Assembly: GCA_002104945.1 (NCBI GenBank)
Contig: MCFH01000004.1
Coordinates: 620,001-684,000 of the forward strand
Direction of reading: 5' to 3'
Length of the DNA stretch: 64,000 nucleotides
Origin: Piromyces finnis finn
Lineage: Eukaryota; Fungi; Neocallimastigomycota
A program made the position numbers and the translations under genes. Below, in pieces: positions 1-16,356 of this stretch (position 1 is the first letter of the stretch; each line of letters opens with the position of its first letter). The notes below the pieces were generated by a model. That model did not search any database, was not told where the DNA came from, and was given only the letters and a program-made list of their open reading frames with translations.

Positions 1-139
1 TTGATATAAATGAATAACAAATAAAAATAATAAAATATATTATATATAAATATAAAAGTTCAATAAATTCTGCAATTCGTATTGTGTGGAATGGTTCCCT
101 ACCTAATAAATTAAATGAAATAAAAAAAAAAAAAAAGTA

Positions 140-760
140 ACCTCAGGTAGGATAGTGTGATGTCCATTAAAATCTCCCTTGAACCTCCTAATGTTTTCGT
201 TTGAAGAAATACAAACATTGAATCCTGTGTGTATGAAACATTAGGAATGTTCCTTCATCATATCAGTAAGATGTCGGTGCTCTTGATGACGTTAGGGTGT
301 CATACGAAACCTATCAAAAAGTAGCTTCATTGAACTACTTACGATAAAGATTGTTTTAGTAAGAAAAGTCGCAAGACCCTCTACCTATGAAGCATGAGAC
401 CCCAATGAACTTGTAAAGCGGTTCATTCAAATGCCTTTGTTCCGCCTTATTAATTTGTAGCTCATCCTAAAATTCCACCAAGAAGGAACATAAAACTATA
501 GTTATAAATTGTTTTTTTCTTTACTTCCATTTCAGGGAGTAAGTAATGAATTGATGATTGTCTTTCTTGTGAAAAAGGGTAAAAAGATCGTCAAGAATGC
601 AAAGTTCTGTATTTAGAAAATGTGCAGGACATTCTAAAATCCAATGATAAAAAAGATTGTTTATCCTATCCGCAACATGGACAGATACGAAGGTAGTCAG
701 GTGTAACTCTATTACTGACAATAGCAGTTCTGATGAAAATAATTCCATCATCTTTTCATA
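140..760 (-). mobile_element. Possible decayed transposon fragment
   Basis: Island richer in GC than its flanks, with stops in the frames I read. One minus frame reads ...NIRRFKGDFNGHHT (157-178), resembling the GDFNxHH motif of APE-type LINE endonucleases. Single short motif only. Confidence 0.2.
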
Positions 761-1301
761 ACAAGGAAAAAGAATAAATTTCTTAAAAACAATAATTTAA
801 AATAAAAAAACCAAAAGAAAATTTTAACAAGTTATTGAACTTTTATTACAGGGTCAATCGAATTCTATAAAGATTTAGAGTAACAACACCATATTATTCC
901 ATACATGCCTTTACATTTTTATTTTAACAATAACTAATATTTTAAACATCATTATTAAATGCTTTACTTACATCCTTAACTTATATATTATTAAATATTA
1001 TAATATTTATAAAATTCCCAATTTTACATTTATCATCAACTATATTAAAAATAATTTTCAATATTTTTAAATGACATAAAATCAAACTTTTACATTTTAA
1101 CACACTCTAAAACTTCACAATTCAATATTTTTTTAATTTTCTTTTATTTATTTATAAAAACTTCTTACATTTTATTTTTCATTATACATATATTATATTT
1201 AATATTAAAATAAAACCAGCCATATTTACCTATAAAATATTAAATAATATTTTAATTAGCTATTAAAACTCATTTCAAAATATATATTTATAAAATGTTT
1301 T

Positions 1302-1412
1302 TTAAATATTATTATTAATTTTCAGAATGGAAATTCATCTCATACTGTAATTCGAAATGAGCTGGGTTTAATAGCATAGTGTTTCATCATTTAAATTAAT
1401 AATAATATTTAA
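1302..1412 (-). ncRNA. Box C/D snoRNA, snR71-like (predicted 25S Am2946)
   Basis: C box ATGATGA (1390-1384), D box CTGA (1325-1322), 19-bp flanking inverted repeat. The 14-nt guide (1370-1357) is complementary to LSU AUGAGCUGGGUUUA. With D'=TCGA (1355-1352) the +5 rule gives the A of UGAGC. Confidence 0.85.
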
Positions 1413-1580
1413 TAAACATTTGGTATTTTGTTCACTAAATTTACCTTTTATTTATTATTACAGTTACTATATTTTAATTTTGGTTAATATCTACATTCCA
1501 CCAAAGTTAATCTAAATTATAAAAATACATCACTTTTAGTAAACCCATTAAGTTTTATAATATATAATATATTAATAAAA

Positions 1581-1680
1581 TTTAATCATTTCAGAATGAA
1601 CATATACGATCTCATTAAAACCTTTGTTTTCGAAGAGCTGGGTTTAGAAAAAGCATGTATTTCATCATTTAATGATTAAA
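1581..1680 (-). ncRNA. Box C/D snoRNA, snR69-like (predicted 25S Cm2948)
   Basis: C box ATGATGA (1668-1662), D box CTGA (1594-1591), perfect 10-bp terminal inverted repeat. The 14-nt guide (1648-1635) is complementary to LSU GAGCUGGGUUUAGA. With D'=TCGA (1633-1630) the +5 rule gives the C of GAGC. Confidence 0.85.
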
Positions 1681-1741
1681 TTTTAATTTCAAAAAATATT
1701 GATAATTACCTTTCTTCCATTTTTATGGATAATTTTAATTT

Positions 1742-1876
1742 TTATGTCAAATTCACAGTAAATATATAAATAATTATAGAATAATTTATATTATTACTGT
1801 AAATTTATTTGCTTTCGTCTAAATAAAAATTGAAACATCACATGGAAATTGAAATGTCACAGAGTGTATTAGACAT
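1742..1876 (-). ncRNA. Box H/ACA snoRNA, snR80-like (predicted 18S Psi759)
   Basis: Hairpin-AAAGCA(H box)-hairpin-ACA+3 nt. The 5' pocket strands ACACUC and AUUUUU pair with 18S AAAAAU-U-A-GAGUGU, 15 nt from the H box. The second hairpin has a 12-bp basal stem with a G:U pair only on the minus strand. Confidence 0.75.
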
Positions 1877-1982
1877 AATACAAATTTTTGTTTGTTTCTA
1901 AATAAAATAATACTTTATAAAATAATAATATAAAATTAATATCCATATTTATATTTTATAATATTATTAAACGGTTATCTTT

Positions 1983-2064
1983 TATTGTCAGATACCGTCG
2001 TAGAAATGTTTAATCATTATTGAAAATTCAGTAATGCCATTATTTCTTTTTGTCATCACTAATA
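1983..2064 (-). ncRNA. Box C/D snoRNA, snR79-like (predicted 18S Cm1007)
   Basis: C GTGATGA (2059-2053), D' CTGA (2031-2028), C'-like ATGATT, D CTGA (1991-1988). The 12-nt guide (2003-1992) is complementary to 18S AUACCGUCGUAG; the +5 rule gives the second C. Confidence 0.9.
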
Positions 2065-3065
2065 ATTCTATTTTGTATAACTTTTAAAATTTCATTTTAG
2101 TACTTACATTACACCAATTTCCCTCTTATATTTATAGTATAAAATTTCTCTCTAAATATAAATTTCATATATATTATTATTTAAATATATATTTATTTAC
2201 ATTATATTTTATACTATAAACGTAAGAGGAGGAACAAAATAAACTCTAATTTTTACTTTTATTTATATAAAAATATTATGAATTGATTGGATATTTTTTT
2301 ATCAAAGTTTTGATTGGAAATATTTACTATTACATTTTAAATATCAAAATAAATTTAAAATTATTATGTCTGATACATTATATATTATGTATGTACATTA
2401 AATTAATGTTAAGCAAATGAATAAATATTATAAATAATAAAATGTTTTATTATTAAAAAGAAAGAAATATATTTATTTTTGATTTAATATTTATTTTTAT
2501 TATTATTTTATTTTCAGGTTATTTTTATCAATAAATAAAGCATAATAATAGTATAATGTTATTAATTTGAATTTATTTTTTCTTGTTTTTTTATATTTTG
2601 TTTTTTTTTTTTTAATTTGTGTTAATTTTTTTTTTATCTTATTGCTTAATGAAAAAATAAACTTACAAGTAATTTTTTTTTTTTTTAATATAAAAAAATT
2701 ATATTAAATATAGAATAAACAAAAAGATTATTAAATCTTTTATAATTAATATCATTGTTATGATTATTATATTAATATTTTAAGGATATAAATATATTGT
2801 TATTTTGCTGTTTCTGTACTTATTTAATTGTTAATATTAATTTTTTCGATATTGAATTTATATGATTTTTCGTTATAATATGCTATAATATTTGAGTTTA
2901 AATAATTATACATATTCAAATATTATTACTATTATAAACTAAGATTGTTACAATTAGTTCTTTTTATTTTACTTGCTTTTATTTTTTTAATTATATATTA
3001 TTTTTAATATATGTTTTTATATATGAATTATTGTTACTATTACTTTTAATTAAACTAAATTATAA

Positions 3066-5507
<2,442 letters not shown>

Positions 5508-6615
5508 TTTGATAAATTATATATTGAAATTGTTTTTAAAATGAAAATAAATGTATTCTTTTCAAATTAGCCTACTTTATATTTATTTATTCGTTTGTTT
5601 ATTTGTTTGTTTTCTTTTTCTATTTTTTTTTTTTTTATCTTTCCTTTACTAATTCTTAGATTTAATTTATATATATATATAAGGTTTTATTTACTTGCTT
5701 TTCTTTTTTTTTTCCTTTTATTTTTATTATTATTATAATTATTTATTTATTTACTTATTTTTCTTTGATATTATTGTTGGTTTTTATATTGACTTTTATT
5801 TAATTTACTGTTTTTACTAATTGTTTATTACTTGTTATTTTTATAAACTTTATATATAATTTTATATTTATAAAATTAAATTTCGTTTTCTTGTTTTTGT
5901 TTTCGTTATAAAAAAAATAAAATCTACATTTAATAAATAGAAATTGGGGTATATGCGTTTAATAATTGATTTTTAGAAATAATATACTATATAAAATTAT
6001 ATTTAACAGTTATAGTTATTATATACATATACATTTATATATATATATATATAAATACATTTTATATAATAATAATAAAAAGTAATAATGATAAAAAAAA
6101 AAAAAAGAAGAAAAGAAAGAAATTAGTACTTTTAATTATATATAAATGAGAAAATATATTTATCTAAATATATGCTTTCTTATTACCAAGATTTTAAATA
6201 AAATAATATAACATTTATACTTTAAAGAAAATATTTCATTATAATAATAAAAATAAACAAATTACCATTAATAATTATTTTGTTTAGTTGTTTTTCTTTT
6301 ACTTTTTTTATTATTGTTGTAGTTGTTAGTTGGTTGTTGTTGTTATTTAAATATATTTTGTTTATTTGTATTATTGGTAATTGTAACAAGTTTTTAAATT
6401 AGACAATTATTATAAATTAATAATATTTTATTTCAATTTTATTTTTGTTGCGATAATTTCTATTTTACAAATGTCATTTCATAATTAAAAATGAAATTAT
6501 GAAAGAGCAATATTAATATATATATATATTTATATTTATCTTCTGATTCTTTTCTCTTTCTAATTTAAACTATAATTATCAATAATATTCTTCAAGCAAA
6601 AAATATTTTAAAATA

Positions 6616-6619
<4 letters not shown>

Positions 6620-6648
<29 letters not shown>

Positions 6649-6671
6649 ATAATAATAATAATAATAATAAT
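6620..6671. repeat. (TAA)n microsatellite
   Basis: About 17 near-perfect TAA units. Confidence 0.9.
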
Positions 6672-7861
6672 GTCTATTTATTATTCTTTTTTTATTTAAT
6701 AAAATTTTAATTATTATAATTATTATAAAATTAAATATGGATCATTTATCTTTTAAAAATAAATAAATTTCTAATTATTTAAAAAAAATATATTAAAATA
6801 AATTTTTATAATAGTATATAGGTTAGGTTATATGAGATTAGGGTAAATAAATCTTTTTAAAAATGTTTCCAATTAGCATAATTATGGATAATGGATATAA
6901 AAATGAAATTAAATAATATTTAATAATAGTCACTTGTTGTTATTAGTTGTCATGTCATTGTTGTAGATATCTATCAAGAGTTGTGTAAATGTTAGTAATT
7001 TAAAAAATAAGGATTTGTAAATTATTTTTTATTCTAAAATATATATTTTTCAAAGAAAAAAAACTTTTAATGAAAGAGTGAGCATTATTTAAATTTTTAC
7101 TATTAAAAAAAAAAAAAAAGACAAATAATAATGCCAAATAAGTTATCAAATAAAAAAAAATGAAAAAAAATGAAAAGGATAATAATTTTATTAAACTATA
7201 TTTTAATTTTTATAACTATAATTTTCAAGATTTATGCCTATTATATATATATATTTTAAAAATATTAGATTATTAAACTAAAAAAAATATTTTTATTATT
7301 GTATGTTTTATATGCTCAATATTTATTTATATATAAAACTAAAAATATTGTTAAAATTTTATTACACTATAAAATTATTTGAGCCAAAAAAGTTGTAATT
7401 AAATAGCAAGTTCTTTAATTTCGAAATTCTTTCTTATATTATGATGATGGTGGTGGTGGTAGTAGTTTATGAAAATATAATTAATAATTATAAATAGAAT
7501 TATTTATCAGTTCTAACCCTCAAACTTTATATTTAATTTTTAATAAAAATTTAATTTCCTTTCAATGATATATAGTAAAAAAAAAATATATAAATATAGA
7601 ATATTTATATATGTATTTTTTGATTAATATATTTGATTTTGATGAATTTTATTTATATATTTCGTATGTATCGTATATATTTATAGTATTTATTACAATA
7701 TTTATAATAAAATTTTCCTTTTCTTATATGTTATATATTATATTTTTTTTTATTTTTATTTTTATTTTTATTTTTTTTTTTATTATATAGATTTAATTAT
7801 TTTATTATATTTGTTTTAAGTTGAAAATTTATATAGTAGAATATTTATTATTCTTATTTTT

Positions 7862-10285
<2,424 letters not shown>

Positions 10286-11760
10286 TTAGATATTTATTTA
10301 TTATTATTATTATTATTTTTTTTTAATTTTAATAAAAAGTGGAATTTATATCCAAATGGTTAAGTACTACTGTTAAATTCCCCCCCTTGATTTATTGAAA
10401 TCAGGCTAACCTTTTTGAATGTTTGATAAAAACTTTTAAAATGCGTTTATATAAATATATGAATATTATTATAAAGTTAATGTTTATTATTATAAAGTAT
10501 TTTATTTTATGCTATTTAAGGAAAGATAAATAATTATTTTTTGGGTGTTTATTTATTTATTTAATTTAATTATTGTTCATTCATAATTATTGTCTTTATT
10601 TTTTCCAAATTGAGTACTATTTAAACATTATTATTCTTTTTCACTTTTTTTCTATTATTATTGTTATTTAATTTTTCCTTAAATTCATTTGATTACATTA
10701 TGATTAGTTTTTGCTTAATATTTATTCAAAATATAATATATAGATTGTAACACTACTATTATAATTATATTGTAAAAATTTCGAATTTAACTTTTTTTTT
10801 TTTTTTTTAACTTTTTATTTTATATGATATATATAATAACAAAATTATAGTCTTGACTACATATGTTATATTTATTGAAAACTTGTTTAAATGTGATGTT
10901 CATTTTTGTATATATATTTTTTATTAATAAAGTTTGTCAAATCCATTATTTATTTATATATTACTGATAATAAATTTTATAAACAATATATCCGATTTAA
11001 TTCTATTATGAGTTTATATTATATATACTGAAAGTATGTAAAAAGAAGGTTTATTTAATTATTATTATTAATTATTTAAAATAAATAATTACTTTTATAC
11101 TGTTTTTTTTTTTTAAATTTTTATCTTTATTCCCTTTTTTAAATTTCGTATTTACACTTTACTAAAATATTTTTATTTTATACTTTTTTTTTTTAAATAA
11201 TTTTAAAATATTTAATATACCTTAATAAAATTAATATATGCTAATATATAAAAATTAATATATATAAAAATTAAGGAAATATATTTAATAAAATGTTATT
11301 AAAGTATAATTTTTCTAAAAGTAATATTTCTTTATATATATTATATATATATCATTATAAATGAAAAGAAAAAAAAAAAAAAAGATAATAATTATATATA
11401 ATTTATATTTTTCATTGTTATTCATTTTAGAGTTTTTTTTCTTTTTTAAATATGATATTATGAATAAATAAATAAAAAAATATAGAAATCTATTTATGAT
11501 GATGCATTACTTAACCAAGGAAAAACAAAGAGTAGTACCTAAATTTTCTATTAGAAAATAAATATATTTAATTGATGGATTATTATTAATAAATTATTTT
11601 ATGTACGATATTATACACTGTTTGAAAAATGGGTACATTTATTATTAAATAAAATTTTTGTATCAATAAATAATCCTTATTATTATTATTATTATTATTA
11701 TTAATGATTAATAGAAAAAGGTAAAGCTATTTTTTATTTTGTTGAAATAAGATATTTATA

Positions 11761-14635
11761 ATGTGTGGTATTTTATTTTGCTTAAGAAATTGCCAAATTT
11801 CACCCAAGGTATTTAATGAACAATTAATATGAAAATTATATAATTAATTATAATTTATGTGATTTTAAGCTCTTATTAAAATATATAAAAAAAGGAGGAT
11901 ATTTCAAATGAATGGAATTTATTAAAAGAAAAGATATCATCAAGAGGTAAGGATTCCTATTTTTAATCTATTTATTATTTCTACATTTATAATATATGTA
12001 CATAATTATGGATTTTGTTAAAGAAAAAAAAAGAAAGAAGAAAGGAATTAAAATCATTAATTTTATATTATAGGTCCGGATTCCACACTTTCAACAGATT
12101 TCAATTTGGAATTGAATAATAATTTAAATCATAATTCTTTCAATGCTTTATTTTATGATTCTGTTCTTCATATTCGTGGTATAGAAATAACAAAACAACC
12201 ATATACAGATTCAAATGGAAACATATTATGTTGGAATGGTGAAATTTATGATGGAATTAAGGTAAAAATTAAGTTAATTATATAATATTTTTTATAAAAT
12301 TTATTTTTTTAATTTCAAAAAGAAAGAAAAAAAAGTATGTTTTAATTGATAATAATATTAAATATGAATTATCTATGTATAAAAGGTTCCAGATGATACA
12401 AGTGATACTTTGATATTATCAAATAAATTAAATGAAATTAGTAAAGATACCGATGAACTTTTAATGAAAAAGAATTTTATAAACATTTTTGAGACAATTC
12501 AAGGAGAATGGGCATTTATATATTATCAAGTAATATATTTGAATAATATGCTTTTTTATTATATATATATATCTAAATTATTTATTAATATATTAATATA
12601 TCATTTTAATAAAAATAAAGAAAAACCAAAACTTATTATGGTTTGGAAGAGATTATCTCGGCAGACGATCTTTACTTTTGCATAAACCAATAAATGCCAA
12701 TGATAATCTTATTATTACATCTGTTGGTCAATTAGATAATAATTATAATAATGAGATTGTCAATGAAAAGGATGAAATTACTACAGTTAATAATGATGAA
12801 AATCATAACCAAAAAGAGATACCAAATGAATCAGAGGAAGTTACTAATGATTACTGGGAAGAAATAAAAGCAGATGGCATATATTGTTTAAATTTAAATG
12901 AATTTTCTATAGATAATGTAATATAAATTAATATAAAAATATTTTATTAATGCTATATAACCGCATCTTAATTTATGCTATATTTTATTATTATTCTATT
13001 TTTGTTTTATCTATTTTTTTTTTTTTTTTTTTTTCCAATATAGTTTGATAATGCTTTATCAAAATATAAATGGTCCATGGAAGATATTAGTGATTTACAC
13101 TTGGTAAATTTAAAAGTATACTTTATAACTATAGATGATGAAATAATTTATTAAGTTAAATATTTTTATCTATAAATAAAGAAAGCTCCATTTTCTTTAA
13201 TTAATACCTATATACCACAGGATCACGAGCTTTCTCAAATTGATCAATCAACAAATATACCAGTGATAAATGAACCAATACAAAAAGCAATTGATCAATT
13301 AGAAATTGTTTTAGGTGAAGCTGTCAGAAAACGTATGACAAATATTTTTGGAGAAAGGTATTTTTATTAATGTAATACATATTAGATTAGTATTATTAAA
13401 TAAATATTGTATTCATTTATTATGATATATATTTTAAATTAAATAATAGTTGCTCAGATAGTTCAAAAGTAGGATTATTATTTTCTGGTGGATTAGATTG
13501 TATGTGCTTGGCAGCTTTAGCTGATAGATATGTACCTAAAAATGAACCTATTGATTTATTAAATGTTAGTTTTGAAAATCCTCGTTTACAAAATATTAAA
13601 CAAAAAAAACAAGAACAATTAAATAATAATAAGAAAAAAAGAAAACTTGATCATAATAATCAAAAAAATGAAACCCTAATGGAAGAAGATTTAGATAAAG
13701 TATACGATGTTCCAGATCGTATAACTGGTAGAAAAGGTGTTGAAGAATTAAGGTATGCTTTAATTTAGTATTATTTATTTATTGTTATTAAAAAAAAAGG
13801 GAATATATTATACTATCAGTATATTCATTTAAAACTTTTTATATTTCTATTTAAATAATAGAAAAATATGTCCACATAGAAAATGGAATTTTGTTGAAAT
13901 TAATATTGAATACTCAGAAACTCAAAAGTATAGGAAACATATTATGGATTTACTTTGTCCTTTAACAACATTGATGGATTATAGTATTGGTATGTCATTT
14001 TGGTTTGCATCTCGTGGTAAAGGATTTATAAGAAAAGAGGATGGTCAAAAAATTAATTATCAAAGTAAAGCAAAGGTTTTATTAAGTGGTTTAGGTGCTG
14101 ATGAACAATTATGTGGTTATGGTAATGTATATTATGTATGACATAATGATAAATATGATATAATTTGAAAACTTTTTTTTTTTTTTATATTGTATAAATT
14201 ATATATTTTATATTATATTTTAATTTATACTAAATGTATATATTAATGAAATCAATAGGACGTCATCGTACCCATTTTAGAAATGGATCATGGAAGGGTT
14301 TAATTGAAGAAACTCAATTAGACATTTCTCGTATTTCGACAAGAAATCTTGGTCGTGATGATCGTATTATTTCTGATTTTGGTCGTGAAGTTCGTTTTCC
14401 ATATTTAGATGAACAAGTTATGTCATACTTAGGTCAATTACCAATACATCTTAAAGCTGACCTTCGTTATCCAAAGGGTGTTGGTGAAAAATTATTATTA
14501 CGCCATTTAGCTAGAAAGTTAAATTTACCAAGTTCAAGTATGGAACCTAAAAGAGCTGTTCAATTTGGTGCAAGAGCTGCTAAAATGGAACTTGGTTGTG
14601 GTAAAACTAAAGGAACAGAAAAATTAAAATATTAA
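11761..14635 (+). CDS. ASNSD1: Asparagine synthetase domain-containing protein 1 (Ntn glutamine amidotransferase + synthetase domain), multi-exon
   Basis: Starts MCGILF (N-terminal Cys nucleophile). Motifs RGPD, LHIRG, WNGEIY, FGRDYLGRRSLL, LFSGGLDC, SGLGADEQLCGY and GRDDR...RFPYLD across GT-AG exons. Confidence 0.92.
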
Positions 14636-15212
14636 AAAAAAAAACAAACTATATGATCTATTCTATCTGGTATTGTTTATTATAATTAATTATTTATTTT
14701 AATCTATTTTTTTATCCCCCCTTTTTTTTTTATCATCATTATTTATTCTATTAACAAAAATAATAAAAATTACATTATAGTTTTTAGTTTATTGTTTATT
14801 TCACTTTATTCAAAGAGATAATAAAAATAAAAATAATAACAAGTAAATAAAATTAGAAGTATTTTTTTTTTTATTTTTGTTTTATTTTATTTTTTAAATT
14901 TTATATTTAAAATCATGAATATATGCAAATAAAGAGTAGTAAATTAGATTGTATCGATCCAATATTTATATTAATATATTATAATAAATGTTATCTTTTT
15001 TTTTTATTTTTTTTTTTTTATTTTTTATACTATAATGTATATTTTCAAAGAAATTTTATAGTCATTTACTTTTATTCTTTCATATTTATTACTTGATAAA
15101 GAATTATATATATTTTTTAATTTTTTAATTTTTTTTATTTTAATTATATACTTTATCTATTAATATAATATAGATTATAAATTAAAATTTATAAAGTGGT
15201 TTTTTCTTTCTT

Positions 15213-15243
<31 letters not shown>

Positions 15244-15445
15244 GAATATGTATATATATTTTAAGTATAAGAATATTTCATTAATTTCATTATATTTTTT
15301 TATAATATTATAATTATTTTATTTTATTATTTTATTTTTTTTAAGATTATAAGTTTTAAATATCTATAAACTTAAATGATTTTTATTACAGCTTTTTTTT
15401 TTTTTTTTTTTTTTTTTAAGTTTGTTCGTATCTGGATATAAAAAT

Positions 15446-16356
15446 TTACTTTTTGCTTTCTAATTTCTTTAATTCAGCTATGAAATCAGCACCAGTTGCT
15501 GTTATACCGGCTATTAAATTATTATTATTTAATAAAAATATATTTAATATATATTTTAATACATACTTATTTAAAATTTATATAATCTTTATATAATTTT
15601 CATACTTTTTGGAGATGCCCATGCGTGTGTAGCTCCCTTTGCCCAAGCATTTTCAGTACTATGATAAACAACTGGTTTTTCTATTTATAACATTCATAAT
15701 AGAAATATATTAATATAAATATATTTAAATATTTCTTTTTAGTAATAAACAATGGAATAATTACCTTCTTTTGAAATAGAACTATCATTAATCATATTAT
15801 TCATTTCTTTCCAATCTATATATAAGAGAATGTTATATTTGTAAATCAAAATGAATATTATGATTTTTATAATTATATACATTGAATTTATTAAATATTT
15901 TTATTTATTATTTTATTACTTTTGTTTAAATAGCTGCTAACTTCTGATCCATTAAATTTAAATTTATTATGATTTATGCTGTTATTATGATGATTATTAA
16001 AATTCATATTATTCCCATTGTTTCTTGCTGTATAAAGGTATCAAAGTTTTTTTTTTTTTTTTTTTTTTTTAACCAATATTAAATAAAATAAATATATTTA
16101 GATATTTGTAAAGAAATAATACTTGAAAAAAAATTTTTTTAAAAGCTAATAAGCAAAATATATATATGACATTTACGTATATTAAATTTTCTTCCTGATT
16201 TTCTGTTTTCATTTATATATAAATTACATTATTTAAATATATATATATATATAAATATTTAATATGTATAATTAATTTATAATTATTATTATTGCTGTTA
16301 TTATTGTTTAACTATTAATAAAAATAAACAAACCTTTTGTCATCACGGGAATTCAT
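15446..16356 (-). CDS. Small uncharacterised protein, about 115 aa, six short exons
   Basis: Exons join in frame to MNSRDDKRKSGRKFNIPRNN...FNGSEVSSYLNKNWKEMNN...EKPVVYHSTENAWAKGATHAWASPKTGITATGADFIAELKKLESKK*. Coding pieces are GC-richer than the introns. The first two exons are least certain. Absent from the ORF track. Confidence 0.7.

Larger units (their letters stand above)
960..2240 (-). ncRNA. Putative spliced non-coding snoRNA host transcript (boundaries approximate)
   Basis: Donor-like sites on the minus strand at 2107 (GTAAGT), 1913 (GTATTA), 1709 (GTAATT), 1444 (GTAAAT) and 1229 (GTAAAT). The first four each precede one snoRNA. No ORF. Two CCAAT motifs lie upstream (about 2285 and 2312, minus). 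Confidence 0.45.
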
